Origin: a virus
DNA: 56,323 nucleotides
Strand: one strand, 5' to 3'
IMG/VR virus record: IMGVR_UViG_3300046788_000223
Location: 1-56,323 of that record
In this document: piece by piece, positions 43,285-50,855 of the stretch
How positions within the stretch are numbered: the stretch's first letter is position 1
Layout: every line of letters begins with the position of its first letter
Position numbers and translations under genes: made by a program
The notes under the pieces: model-generated
What the model saw: only the letters and a program-made list of their open reading frames with translations
The model's database searches: none
What the model was told of the DNA's origin: nothing

Positions 43285-44262
43285 TTACGCTCCATCCTTA
43301 CCTCCCTTCAGCAAGCGGAGGTTCTTACTACGGACAAAGCACTTACGGTTCCCGCGCCATTCATAGTCACATACTCCTTCCTTGACTAAATCTTCAGCCC
43401 AGCGAGTGACTTGGCCTGGGTCTACGTTCCAGCGCTCTGCGTATTCTTTGTTACAGAGCTCGATGCCCGCAGCGACGTTTACCTCTACATCCTTCTTGGC
43501 GTCTTCGTAGGAAGTTCGGCCGACAATTGTTGTCAATTGTCCCGATTTTCCTGGGCGCGGAGCGCCGCGAGGGCCGTGGGTTAAAGAGGAGACTTCCGGC
43601 TCAATTTCATGCCGCATGTACCCAGCAAACCAGAGGCAGGAATATTGGGCGATTAAGAACGCGAGCGTCATAAAGGCCGTCGTCCAGCTCCGCGCAGTGT
43701 CCTCGCTAACCCCAGTTAGCCGCGATATGAGAGTTGACTGCCCATCGGCAACGGCGGCGATTTCACCGCTTTGCAGCTTGTCTTGCTGTTCCTTGACGGC
43801 CTTGCCGACGCTCTCCATTCCAGCGACCATCGCATCAGTGTTGGTGCTGGTTGCGCCCTTGGCGCTCTTTTCCTTGGTGAATTCCTTGGTTATGGTCTTG
43901 AACCATTCAATGGAATTATCGGCCAGACCAACCACCTTCTTGCGGGCGGCGACCTGGCTTTCGCGGTTCTCGGCCTGGAATCCGCCGATTCCCAACAGCG
44001 TGACGGCGCAACACAGAAGGGCGGCAACCATGGCGCCAAAGCATGCGCGGTGCCGCTTGTTGCCGGCGAAAACGCCAGATGCTGCCATCAAGGCGGCCCC
44101 GGCAACGTCAATTGACACGAGGCCAACGGTGTAAAGAATCTTGTCGAACGTGGTTCGACCGATGGTCCACCCAAACGTCCCCGTCATGCTGGCGCAAGTC
44201 AAAAGCAATAGCGCCGACACCAAGAACAACACACGTCCTTGGTTACGGACTTGCCGTTCCAT
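43285..44262 (-). CDS. Multi-pass membrane protein with a soluble C-terminal domain (start re-set to MERQVRN)
   Basis: About four hydrophobic segments flank a charged coiled region. No family recognised. Confidence 0.55.
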   Translation of the reverse strand: MERQVRNQGRVLFLVSALLLLTCASMTGTFGWTIGRTTFDKILYTVGLVSIDVAGAALMAASGVFAGNKRHRACFGAMVAALLCCAVTLLGIGGFQAENRESQVAARKKVVGLADNSIEWFKTITKEFTKEKSAKGATSTNTDAMVAGMESVGKAVKEQQDKLQSGEIAAVADGQSTLISRLTGVSEDTARSWTTAFMTLAFLIAQYSCLWFAGYMRHEIEPEVSSLTHGPRGAPRPGKSGQLTTIVGRTSYEDAKKDVEVNVAAGIELCNKEYAERWNVDPGQVTRWAEDLVKEGVCDYEWRGNRKCFVRSKNLRLLKGGKDGA

Positions 44263-44279
44263 TCTTGTGGCGCTGGAGC

Positions 44280-44537
44280 TCACGCAGCCTCCCCTAGGGG
44301 ATAAAGCCTGCGCTGCGCGTTGTAGTGGCGGCCGTACCGGCGCCATGCCTCGTGAAGGGTTCGGGCGCCGAACCTCTTCTTCAGATAGCGCACGTCACTT
44401 TTCGAAACGCCCCAAGCATTGGTTCTCTGACGAGCGCAAACGCGGACATATTCAGGGAGGCAATCAACCTCTTCTGCTATCTCGTTAACAGTTAGACCGA
44501 TCGCGTACAGGTTCCTGATTTTGCTTGCTTTCGACAT
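44280..44537 (-). CDS. Small HTH DNA-binding protein
   Basis: IRNLYAIGLTVNEIAEEVDCLPEYVRV resembles a sigma-region-4/LuxR-type HTH. Confidence 0.45.
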   Translation of the reverse strand: MSKASKIRNLYAIGLTVNEIAEEVDCLPEYVRVCARQRTNAWGVSKSDVRYLKKRFGARTLHEAWRRYGRHYNAQRRLYPLGEAA

Positions 44538-45133
44538 TATGCTGGCTCCGCGTCGAATTCCTTTAGGGAGGTGCTTTGCGTGCCCAGCGGAATGTTGTTC
44601 AACGCAAAAAAGGCATTCCCGACGCGGCTGACGGAGGTTCCGTGGTAGGTTGGCTGGAGCGGCCTGTAGGCGCGCTTAGCGTGAAATTCGCAGTAGGGAG
44701 TTCCTGGGGTTTTCGTCAGGCCGCAGTGTAAGAATGGGCCGTCGCCGTAGACCCAGCGGCAATGGTGCTGCTCGAGGTCAACCGTTTTGACCATTTCATG
44801 GACCGGCCTAAGAAGGTCTGGCCCAGCTTGATTGTCGCAACGCTCAATTGAGATGGCAGCAACCGCTCTGCGGCGCTGGCGCTCGATCGCCTCTACCTCG
44901 CTAATGGGCTGACGCCGTCTGCGACGGCGCGTTTGCGCGCCGGTGCGGACGCTCTTGCGGGTTGGGGTATCTCGGCCGCTGAGCCCTAGGCGGTGCAATC
45001 GTCCGATGACCGCGTTCCTCGTGGTGCCGCCGAGCTCCCTGGCTATTTCGCTGGCGCTGCATCCGGCGAGCCAGCGTTCGGAAGCGAGCGCAGAGCGCTC
45101 CTCGGTCCAAGGCAAGCGGTGCGGATGCAACAT
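44537..45133 (-). CDS. gcrA-like: GcrA-family cell-cycle-regulator homologue
   Basis: PWTEERSALASERWLAGCSASEIARELGGTTRNAVIGRLHRLGLSGR, and C-terminal HHCRWVYGDGPFLHCG...GTPYCEFHAKRAYRP. GGAAGGA SD before the ATG at 45133. Confidence 0.85.
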   Translation of the reverse strand: MLHPHRLPWTEERSALASERWLAGCSASEIARELGGTTRNAVIGRLHRLGLSGRDTPTRKSVRTGAQTRRRRRRQPISEVEAIERQRRRAVAAISIERCDNQAGPDLLRPVHEMVKTVDLEQHHCRWVYGDGPFLHCGLTKTPGTPYCEFHAKRAYRPLQPTYHGTSVSRVGNAFFALNNIPLGTQSTSLKEFDAEPA

Positions 45134-45568
45134 TTCCTTCCCCGGTAGAAAGAAGGCGGGCCGGAGCCCGCCCAGTTGGAGGCATGGCGCGCTAGAAGAG
45201 GCCCAGGTGGGCTGGGGCATGCCCGAAGCGCGTGACGGGCACCGCAGGGCTGATGCATCGCCGAGGGAGGCTCCACAGCTGGCGGAGCAACGTCAGCCAG
45301 CCGTTTCCTGCATCAGCCCAGCGCTGCACGCCGGGCAACTCACTCTTGACGCGGAACTTCAGATCTCCCCGGTTTGGGGGATGCCAGAACGCAACAGCAT
45401 GGATTAGTGTTTTAGGAGACCAAACCACGAACGCTCGTTGACAATAGTCTGACAAGATGCATACTCAACCCGTGGCGGACTTGCGGCAAGTCAACTCTTC
45501 GGAGACGCCACCACGAACAAAACTTGGTGAGGGTGTGGTTATGTTTTACGCAATCGACTTGAAACTAT

Positions 45569-45856
45569 TCATCCCGTGGCAAGGCGGGCTTCCACCCGCT
45601 GCCTAGGGCGCCCAACGCGCTTACGTCTCTCCCTCATTCTTGCGAGCTCATCATGCGTGACCTCAACGCCACGCCGTTTTCCGGCGCGGATAACGCTTGG
45701 CCAAAAATCTGCGTTCACCGAACTCCGGTAGCGCATCATTTGCGCGTGGTAGTAGGCTACGCCTATGTCGGCCGCGAACGTGGCGATGGAGGTCTGACCT
45801 TCAGCGCGGGGCCACGTGCCGATCAACTCCGCGAACGAGGTTTTGAGGGTCGCCAT
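45569..45856 (-). CDS. Cro-like early regulator (start re-set to MATLKT)
   Basis: Divergent from the repressor gene. SIATFAADIGVAYYHAQMMRYRSSVNADFWPSVI is HTH-like. A consensus promoter lies 9 nt upstream. Confidence 0.5.
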   Translation of the reverse strand: MATLKTSFAELIGTWPRAEGQTSIATFAADIGVAYYHAQMMRYRSSVNADFWPSVIRAGKRRGVEVTHDELARMRERRKRVGRPRQRVEARLATG

Positions 45857-45865
45857 GGGGGAGAA

Positions 45866-45908
45866 TGTATACGTATCGGATACACAGATGTCAATACCAC
45901 GGGTATTG
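45866..45908. promoter_or_regulatory. Immunity switch: two operator palindromes and a leftward promoter
   Basis: IR1 is TGTATACGTATCGGATACA (45866-45884). IR2 is CAATACCACGGGTATTG (45892-45908). The minus strand reads TTGACA-N17-TATACA (45894 down to 45866). Confidence 0.6.
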
Positions 45909-45930
45909 ACGGAATGTGCATTCTTGCCGT

Positions 45931-46620
45931 ATGGAACTATCGGACGTGGATAGGCGGCGACGGCTGCAGGCGGCACGGCTCAAAGAGGCGCGCCGCAAAA
46001 GGGGGTTCAGAAGCGCGCGCGCCGCCGCTGAGCGGTTTCATTGGGTTTATGTGACGTACAGTAAGCACGAGTCAGGTGAACGGGCCATAGGGCGGGCTGC
46101 CCGTAAGTATGCGCGGGCCTTTAAGGTCGACGAAGTCTGGTTATTAGGCTTCGAGAAAGACGCATCTAGCTCAGTTACGGGCATCCCAGTCGTTGGCGAA
46201 GCGGCGATTGGAAGGTGGCAAGACGTGGATATTCAACAAGTTGCTCCGATCGGGCAGGTTAGCGCTCCGGAGCGTGCATTTGATGATAACGAGCGATTTG
46301 CTATCAGGCTTGCAGACGCGAGCATGAATAGAGAATTTCCCCAAGGGTCTTATGCGATTTGCGTTCATCTGGATAAGGATGACGCTGCGGATCTCGTCAT
46401 TGGAGACGTGGTCTATATCGAACGGACGCGCGGCGGATTGATGGAGAAGACATTGCGCCGTGTGATGTCCAAAGACGCAAACGGTGGCATGCGGCTATCT
46501 ACTCTATCGAACGATCCAAAGTTGCGGCAGGAACTCTCTTTCTCCACAGCCCGCAGCGATGAAAAGATCCGCCTGCTGGGCAAGGTAGTCGGCAAATACG
46601 TCGACTACGCACCAGTCTAA
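45931..46620 (+). CDS. cI-like: CI-like repressor (XRE-type HTH + S24 LexA-like peptidase domain)
   Basis: N-terminus LKEARRKRGFRSARAAAERF is HTH-like. The C-terminus has ADASMNREFPQGSY (Ser) and GGLMEKTLRRV (Lys). The start could also be the GTG at 45916. Confidence 0.8.
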   Translation: MELSDVDRRRRLQAARLKEARRKRGFRSARAAAERFHWVYVTYSKHESGERAIGRAARKYARAFKVDEVWLLGFEKDASSSVTGIPVVGEAAIGRWQDVDIQQVAPIGQVSAPERAFDDNERFAIRLADASMNREFPQGSYAICVHLDKDDAADLVIGDVVYIERTRGGLMEKTLRRVMSKDANGGMRLSTLSNDPKLRQELSFSTARSDEKIRLLGKVVGKYVDYAPV

Positions 46621-46634
46621 ATCTGACACACTCC

Positions 46635-46664
46635 AAGGGGCGTTGCAAATCCGCAACGCCCCTT
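46635..46664 (+). terminator. Hairpin terminator after the repressor gene
   Basis: AAGGGGCGTTGC-AAATCC-GCAACGCCCCTT, a perfect 10-12 bp stem. Confidence 0.55.
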
Positions 46665-46680
46665 CGTCATTCGAAAATAA

Positions 46681-46722
46681 AATACATCTCGTATTGACAC
46701 ACGCCATCGAAATACGTATTGT
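46681..46722 (+). promoter_or_regulatory. Rightward early promoter with operator copies
   Basis: AATAC-N5-GTATT (46681-46695) overlaps TTGACA (46694-46699), which is followed by N17 and TATTGT (46717-46722). An ATACGTAT copy lies at 46712-46719. Confidence 0.5.
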
Positions 46723-46729
46723 ATATTTC

Positions 46730-46812
46730 GTCACTGAGGCGGGCAACTCTCACCCCACCGAGAGGTCCCAAGCCGAAGTAAACAGCGCGCTTCGGCCGCT
46801 CGCCTCAGTGAC
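46730..46812 (+). other. Structured 5' leader of the rightward early operon
   Basis: A perfect 12-bp inverted repeat GTCACTGAGGCG / CGCCTCAGTGAC encloses the inner hairpin GCCGAAG...CTTCGGC. It ends 6 nt before the AGGAGG SD of ORF 46828. Confidence 0.5.
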
Positions 46813-46827
46813 CTCTAGGAGGCGAAC

Positions 46828-47115
46828 ATGGATTTCCCCTTTACCTGGCGCGATCACTCAGACGACGGCTATTGCCTCATCGAGTTGGAAGGCGTCGCCC
46901 ACATCGTCAAGTCAGACTGGGAAGACGGCGGCTGGACGATTGATGGCCTCTCGGCCTTCGGGTGCAAAGGCGGCACGTATGTGCTCAAGGCGCTCCGCCG
47001 CCATCATCCCCTCTATGGTCCAATAAAGCGCTGGCTCTCCTTCGGAGACATGTGGGTCGCGATCGACCGCGACTGGCAGCAGCACCAGCAGAACGAAGTC
47101 GCGGAGGCCGTGTGA
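46828..47115 (+). CDS. Hypothetical early protein
   Basis: 95 aa, AGGAGG SD. Confidence 0.6.
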   Translation: MDFPFTWRDHSDDGYCLIELEGVAHIVKSDWEDGGWTIDGLSAFGCKGGTYVLKALRRHHPLYGPIKRWLSFGDMWVAIDRDWQQHQQNEVAEAV

Positions 47116-47333
47116 TGAGCATCCTCTCCGAGCGGCCAGACGGTTTCAATTTTTACTACGGCTTCATGCAGGGCGACCATCGCCAGATCAACGTGCGCTA
47201 CGAGGGAGGATGGTGGCGCGCCTATGTCGGCGGCGAGTTGATGCCGGAGAAGTACGGATACAAGGCAGCCGCAGAGGCTGGCGCCATCGAGTGGGCCAAG
47301 GCCACCAACATCGAGGATGAGGCCGTCGAATGA
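47115..47333 (+). CDS. Hypothetical early protein (start re-set to MSILSE)
   Basis: ATGA overlap with the previous ORF. 72 aa. Confidence 0.55.
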   Translation: MSILSERPDGFNFYYGFMQGDHRQINVRYEGGWWRAYVGGELMPEKYGYKAAAEAGAIEWAKATNIEDEAVE

Positions 47334-47539
47334 GCCCGCAGCAGCGCAAGCACATGCTGGCGGTTCTCGCCGCCGCATTCTCAAGAGCAAAGCTAAGGGC
47401 CGCCAATTACGACCACGGAGCGCTGATCATAGAGCGCATTCTGGAAGAGGCTGGATTCAGCGTCAGACGAAAGAAGCAGATCACAATAAGGAGTTTACAG
47501 CCATCCGCTGCGGGGGCGGACGGGGGAGTGCAAGCGTAG
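47330..47539 (+). CDS. Hypothetical early protein
   Basis: ATGA overlap with the previous ORF. 69 aa. Confidence 0.5.
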   Translation: MSPQQRKHMLAVLAAAFSRAKLRAANYDHGALIIERILEEAGFSVRRKKQITIRSLQPSAAGADGGVQA

Positions 47540-47578
47540 AAGCCGTATCGCGGGGGTACAGAGTTTCCGTTCGCACTT

Positions 47579-47615
47579 GGGGCCGGTTCTTTGAGGGACT
47601 TGGGGGACCGGCCCC
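47579..47615 (+). terminator. Terminator/attenuator-like hairpin in the rightward early operon
   Basis: GGGGCCGGT-N19-ACCGGCCCC followed by ACCACTTTC, in a 103-nt gap. Confidence 0.35.
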
Positions 47616-47642
47616 ACCACTTTCAAACCGAGGGAGACCACT

Positions 47643-47912
47643 ATGGACATGTTCGTACATTCTACCCTGACCTCAGAAGACATCACAGAACTGCGGCGCA
47701 TCTTAGGCGATGAAATCGAGCGCACCTGCATGATGGTCGAAACGCTTGAGAGGCAATTGAAGGTTGAAGCGTTAATCCGCGAAGGCCTCAAGAAAATGCG
47801 CCGAGAAATCCAAGAGCGCGAATGGACAATTGACAACGCAATTGCAGCGGTTGATCGCGCAAGAAGTCGCCACCCTAGCGAAATGCCGAGGATGCCGTGG
47901 ATTATGGAGTGA
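47643..47912 (+). CDS. Hypothetical early protein (coiled-coil)
   Basis: GAGGGAG SD. 89 aa. Confidence 0.55.
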   Translation: MDMFVHSTLTSEDITELRRILGDEIERTCMMVETLERQLKVEALIREGLKKMRREIQEREWTIDNAIAAVDRARSRHPSEMPRMPWIME

Positions 47913-47917
47913 GTGTC

Positions 47918-48124
47918 GTGGCGAAATATATCGTCCAATATATCATCGAAGGCGAGCGCGAAATCGAAGCCGATACCCGCGAAGCAGCGCAAGAGATGTT
48001 TGAGCTGATTTCCCAGTGCGACCTCGGGACAGATGGCTTGTTGGCCGCCGACGACCCGCGAACGCCAGAGGAAATCAAGGAAGGCATTTTTGGTGACGAG
48101 CCCGTTTATGGAGACGGATCATGA
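47918..48124 (+). CDS. Hypothetical acidic early protein (start is GTG 47918 or GTG 47897)
   Basis: GGAG lies 8 nt upstream of the GTG at 47918. Acidic, about 68 aa. Confidence 0.5.
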   Translation: MAKYIVQYIIEGEREIEADTREAAQEMFELISQCDLGTDGLLAADDPRTPEEIKEGIFGDEPVYGDGS

Positions 48125-48231
48125 GTGACCTAATCTTAGCCCTGCTATTCCTTTGGCTTGGCGTCAACCTAGGTTTTGTTGGGGGCGCTTGGTGGGTGTG
48201 CACACAACGAGGAGGGCAGTTCTATGACTAA
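48121..48231 (+). CDS. Small membrane peptide (36 aa)
   Basis: ATGA overlap with the previous ORF. Sequence MSDLILALLFLWLGVNLGFVGGAWWVC... Confidence 0.35.
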   Translation: MSDLILALLFLWLGVNLGFVGGAWWVCTQRGGQFYD

Positions 48232-48460
48232 TAACGTCCTCAAGATCGATTGGCGCGCCATCGACAGAGACGCAAAGCTGGAATCCTACCGCAGGCTGCA
48301 GAAGCTGCAAAAGGATCTGGTCAGCTCGGACAGATTGCTGGCGCTAGCTGATAAGGTCCGCCCCCTAATCGACCGAATGTGCGCCATCGACAAGCTTGAA
48401 GGCTTGCTTTTGATCGAACAGATATTGAAGCCCCACAGGAGCCTGAACAATGACGCTTGA
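48224..48460 (+). CDS. Hypothetical early protein (start re-set to MTNNV)
   Basis: GAGGAGGG SD. 78 aa. Confidence 0.55.
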   Translation: MTNNVLKIDWRAIDRDAKLESYRRLQKLQKDLVSSDRLLALADKVRPLIDRMCAIDKLEGLLLIEQILKPHRSLNNDA

Positions 48461-48695
48461 TGACGCTTTGCGTGAGTTCGCGCTTGATGTCTTGCCGACA
48501 TTCCTGGCGACAGACGGTTCTGGCGACAAGCGGATAAGACCCAACGCCGTTTCCTATGTTCTCCGCCGCGCTGAAGATCTCGGCCTCGTCGATAGGGTTC
48601 CGGCCACGGAAGAGCACATCGCCAATGGCGCCAAGTGCGAAATCGGTGATGAGGTTTGGGTGCTGGCGGATCGGCTCAAGACCGGAGATTGCTGA
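48450..48695 (+). CDS. Hypothetical early protein
   Basis: AGGAG SD. 81 aa. Confidence 0.55.
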   Translation: MTLDDALREFALDVLPTFLATDGSGDKRIRPNAVSYVLRRAEDLGLVDRVPATEEHIANGAKCEIGDEVWVLADRLKTGDC

Positions 48696-48696
48696 G

Positions 48697-49458
48697 ATGA
48701 ACCCATATAACAACGGCTTACACGCCAGCGCGGAAACCGTGAACCATGCTCCGCCGACTCCGCCCCAGCCCATGACGCTGATACCAGGATCAATCGTCAA
48801 GGCTATCTCCAGGATACAAGTCTCGGTCGAGGCTATCAGCAAGTCGCAGCGCAACAACCATGGCGGCTATCAGTTCGCCTCTACGGACGACATCTATGCT
48901 GGCGTCACCCGCAAGATGGGCGAGGTTGGGTTAGTCATCATTCCCCTGGAAACCAAGCATGAAATCGTCAAGGTCGAGAAAGACGGCAAAACGGTCCAAT
49001 GGCTCCATGCCTGTTTCTCTTTCGTACTTGCAACTGAGGATGCGACTTGGGAGCACCCATCTTGCCGGCGTTCGCTCTATATCCAAGTCACTGGCCCCCA
49101 GACCCATCAGGCAGCACAGAGTTACGCCGAAAAGGCGTTTCTTCGGTCCTTATTCAAATTACCCACTGGGGACATGGATCTCGATAGCCTGCCGCAAGCC
49201 GATACCGAAGAGGATCAAGTAGCGCTGGCTAGCAAAAAGCCGAAATCCGCATATCGGGCTAGGAAAGACGGCGCAAACAAGGTCTTTGAGACCGTCGACA
49301 AAGAGTTTCGCGCCGCGAAAACTCAAGACGATCTCGATGAGATCCGAGACAAGCATGCCCAAGAGATCGCAGACATGCCTCCCGAATGGATCAAGCATGT
49401 CGCGGACAAATACGAGTATCACAGCGAGCGCATTGCCGTTGATGGGGAAGCGGCATGA
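48697..49458 (+). CDS. erf-like: ERF-family single-strand annealing protein candidate
   Basis: IVKAISRIQVSVEAISKSQRNNHGGYQFASTDDIYAGVTRKMGEVGLVIIP fits the ERF N-terminal pattern. The C-terminal tail is acidic/basic. Confidence 0.55.
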   Translation: MNPYNNGLHASAETVNHAPPTPPQPMTLIPGSIVKAISRIQVSVEAISKSQRNNHGGYQFASTDDIYAGVTRKMGEVGLVIIPLETKHEIVKVEKDGKTVQWLHACFSFVLATEDATWEHPSCRRSLYIQVTGPQTHQAAQSYAEKAFLRSLFKLPTGDMDLDSLPQADTEEDQVALASKKPKSAYRARKDGANKVFETVDKEFRAAKTQDDLDEIRDKHAQEIADMPPEWIKHVADKYEYHSERIAVDGEAA

Positions 49459-49919
49459 CAACCGCGTGTCCCGAGTGCGGAGCGGTTCTTGGTAAGGCGA
49501 GAAGCCTACCAGACCATCGTAGGTTCTTCGGGTTGCTCAAAGTTGCGTTCTCGAACTGGAGTCATAGTCATGCGTTTCAACCGTCAAGTGAAGATCAATT
49601 GCGCGCGTGGGCGCTCATCCAAGCGGGGCACACCAATGTGGCTACAGTGGAAATTCCGGAGGGCTATGCGTCGAGCGACACAACCCGCGCAGCTTTCAGA
49701 TCAGCTGTTGAGGGAGCGTGTCGAGCACTTGATGGCCCAGCAGGTTATCATGAACTGCGAGTTACGAGTAATGGCCTTGAGATTGTCACAGCTGCTAGCA
49801 TCGCGTTCGGAGCGGTCGGACAGCGAGATTTTGGACGAATTCGAGAAGCCGTCGAGCACATACTTGAATTAGCTCTCGGAGTATCAGCAGATCAGCTATC
49901 GCGGGGGAAAGCTGCGTGA
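49455..49919 (+). CDS. Hypothetical protein with N-terminal CxxC, recombination-associated by position
   Basis: ATGA overlap with the erf-like gene. 154 aa. Confidence 0.55.
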   Translation: MTTACPECGAVLGKARSLPDHRRFFGLLKVAFSNWSHSHAFQPSSEDQLRAWALIQAGHTNVATVEIPEGYASSDTTRAAFRSAVEGACRALDGPAGYHELRVTSNGLEIVTAASIAFGAVGQRDFGRIREAVEHILELALGVSADQLSRGKAA

Positions 49920-50101
49920 TCCAGTTACCACCAAGAGGCATAGCCAAATCCGTCAAAGAAGCCCGCGTCAATGCTCGCATCGAGAAATTGGTTATCAAGG
50001 GCTACAGCGACGACCAGATCTCCGTAAAGGTCAGGGTTTGGCCGCTGCAGATCGCCAGAGTGCGCCATAAGGTTTGGCTTGAGGAGCTGGCGGGAAAATG
50101 A
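49916..50101 (+). CDS. Hypothetical small protein
   Basis: GTGA overlap with the previous ORF. 61 aa. Confidence 0.45.
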   Translation: MIQLPPRGIAKSVKEARVNARIEKLVIKGYSDDQISVKVRVWPLQIARVRHKVWLEELAGK

Positions 50102-50454
50102 GCAGCAGACCCAGAGCGGCAAAGGATCGGCGCGAGTGTTTCGAGAAGCATAAGCGCCTCGATATGCTAAACCGCGTCTATATGGAATGCCACCTGTGCG
50201 GGCTTCCGATCTACCCGGCTCGGGAAGGCTGGGAAGCAGAGCACCCATCGCCGTATGCCAACGGAGGCCGAGAGGTGCTGCCGGCCCACGCTTCCTGCCA
50301 TAAGCCGAAAACGGCCGAGGACATCTCAAAGATAGCCAAAGGGAAACGGGTTTCTAATCGACACTTCGGCATCGCCCCCAAAGGTCGATCATTCGCGACC
50401 AATAGGAATGGGCGATGGAAGAAGAAACTCAATGGAGAGGTCGTTGAGAGATGA
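50098..50454 (+). CDS. HNH nuclease
   Basis: CHLCGLPI...WEAEHPSPYANGGREVLPAHASCHKPKTAED is an H-N-H/zinc-finger pattern. Confidence 0.7.
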   Translation: MSSRPRAAKDRRECFEKHKRLDMLNRVYMECHLCGLPIYPAREGWEAEHPSPYANGGREVLPAHASCHKPKTAEDISKIAKGKRVSNRHFGIAPKGRSFATNRNGRWKKKLNGEVVER

Positions 50455-50564
50455 CACGCTGCGGCAAGTGCCCCCAATGCGGCTATGGCCCGACGCTCCT
50501 TGAGCGAATTGCCTGCTGGATATTCGGCAAAGACACCCACCGCTGCGACCACGAAGGAGAGTAG
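50451..50564 (+). CDS. Small zinc-ribbon-like peptide (37 aa)
   Basis: ATGA overlap with the previous ORF. Sequence MTRCGKCPQCGY...HRCDHEGE. Confidence 0.35.
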   Translation: MTRCGKCPQCGYGPTLLERIACWIFGKDTHRCDHEGE

Positions 50565-50566
50565 CG

Positions 50567-50746
50567 ATGAGAACCTACGAGATCATGTCCGCCAATTCCG
50601 ACTGGCTAATCCCATCAGCTCTAGCTGTTGGTGTCGTCTTAATCGGCTGGAGCCTGACGACGATTGTTAGGCTGTTGCGGGAGAGAGCGGATCGAGGACC
50701 GACGCGCACCATAGAGACGCATGACGGCCCAGAGGCGCCGTTCTAA
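50567..50746 (+). CDS. Small membrane protein (59 aa)
   Basis: GAAGGAGAG SD. TM segment LIPSALAVGVVLIGWSLTTIV. Confidence 0.45.
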   Translation: MRTYEIMSANSDWLIPSALAVGVVLIGWSLTTIVRLLRERADRGPTRTIETHDGPEAPF

Positions 50747-50853
50747 TGCTGGAAACCCTTGCAGGCATAGCGATCTTTGCTCTGGCCTCCTTCGGGGCTT
50801 TTATTCTGATCGGTTTGTTGGTCGGCTGGATCTCCAACAAGAGATGGCGGTAG
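50746..50853 (+). CDS. Small membrane peptide (35 aa)
   Basis: Its start overlaps the previous stop. Sequence LAGIAIFALASFGAFILIGLLVGWI. Confidence 0.35.
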   Translation: MLETLAGIAIFALASFGAFILIGLLVGWISNKRWR

Positions 50854-50855
50854 CA

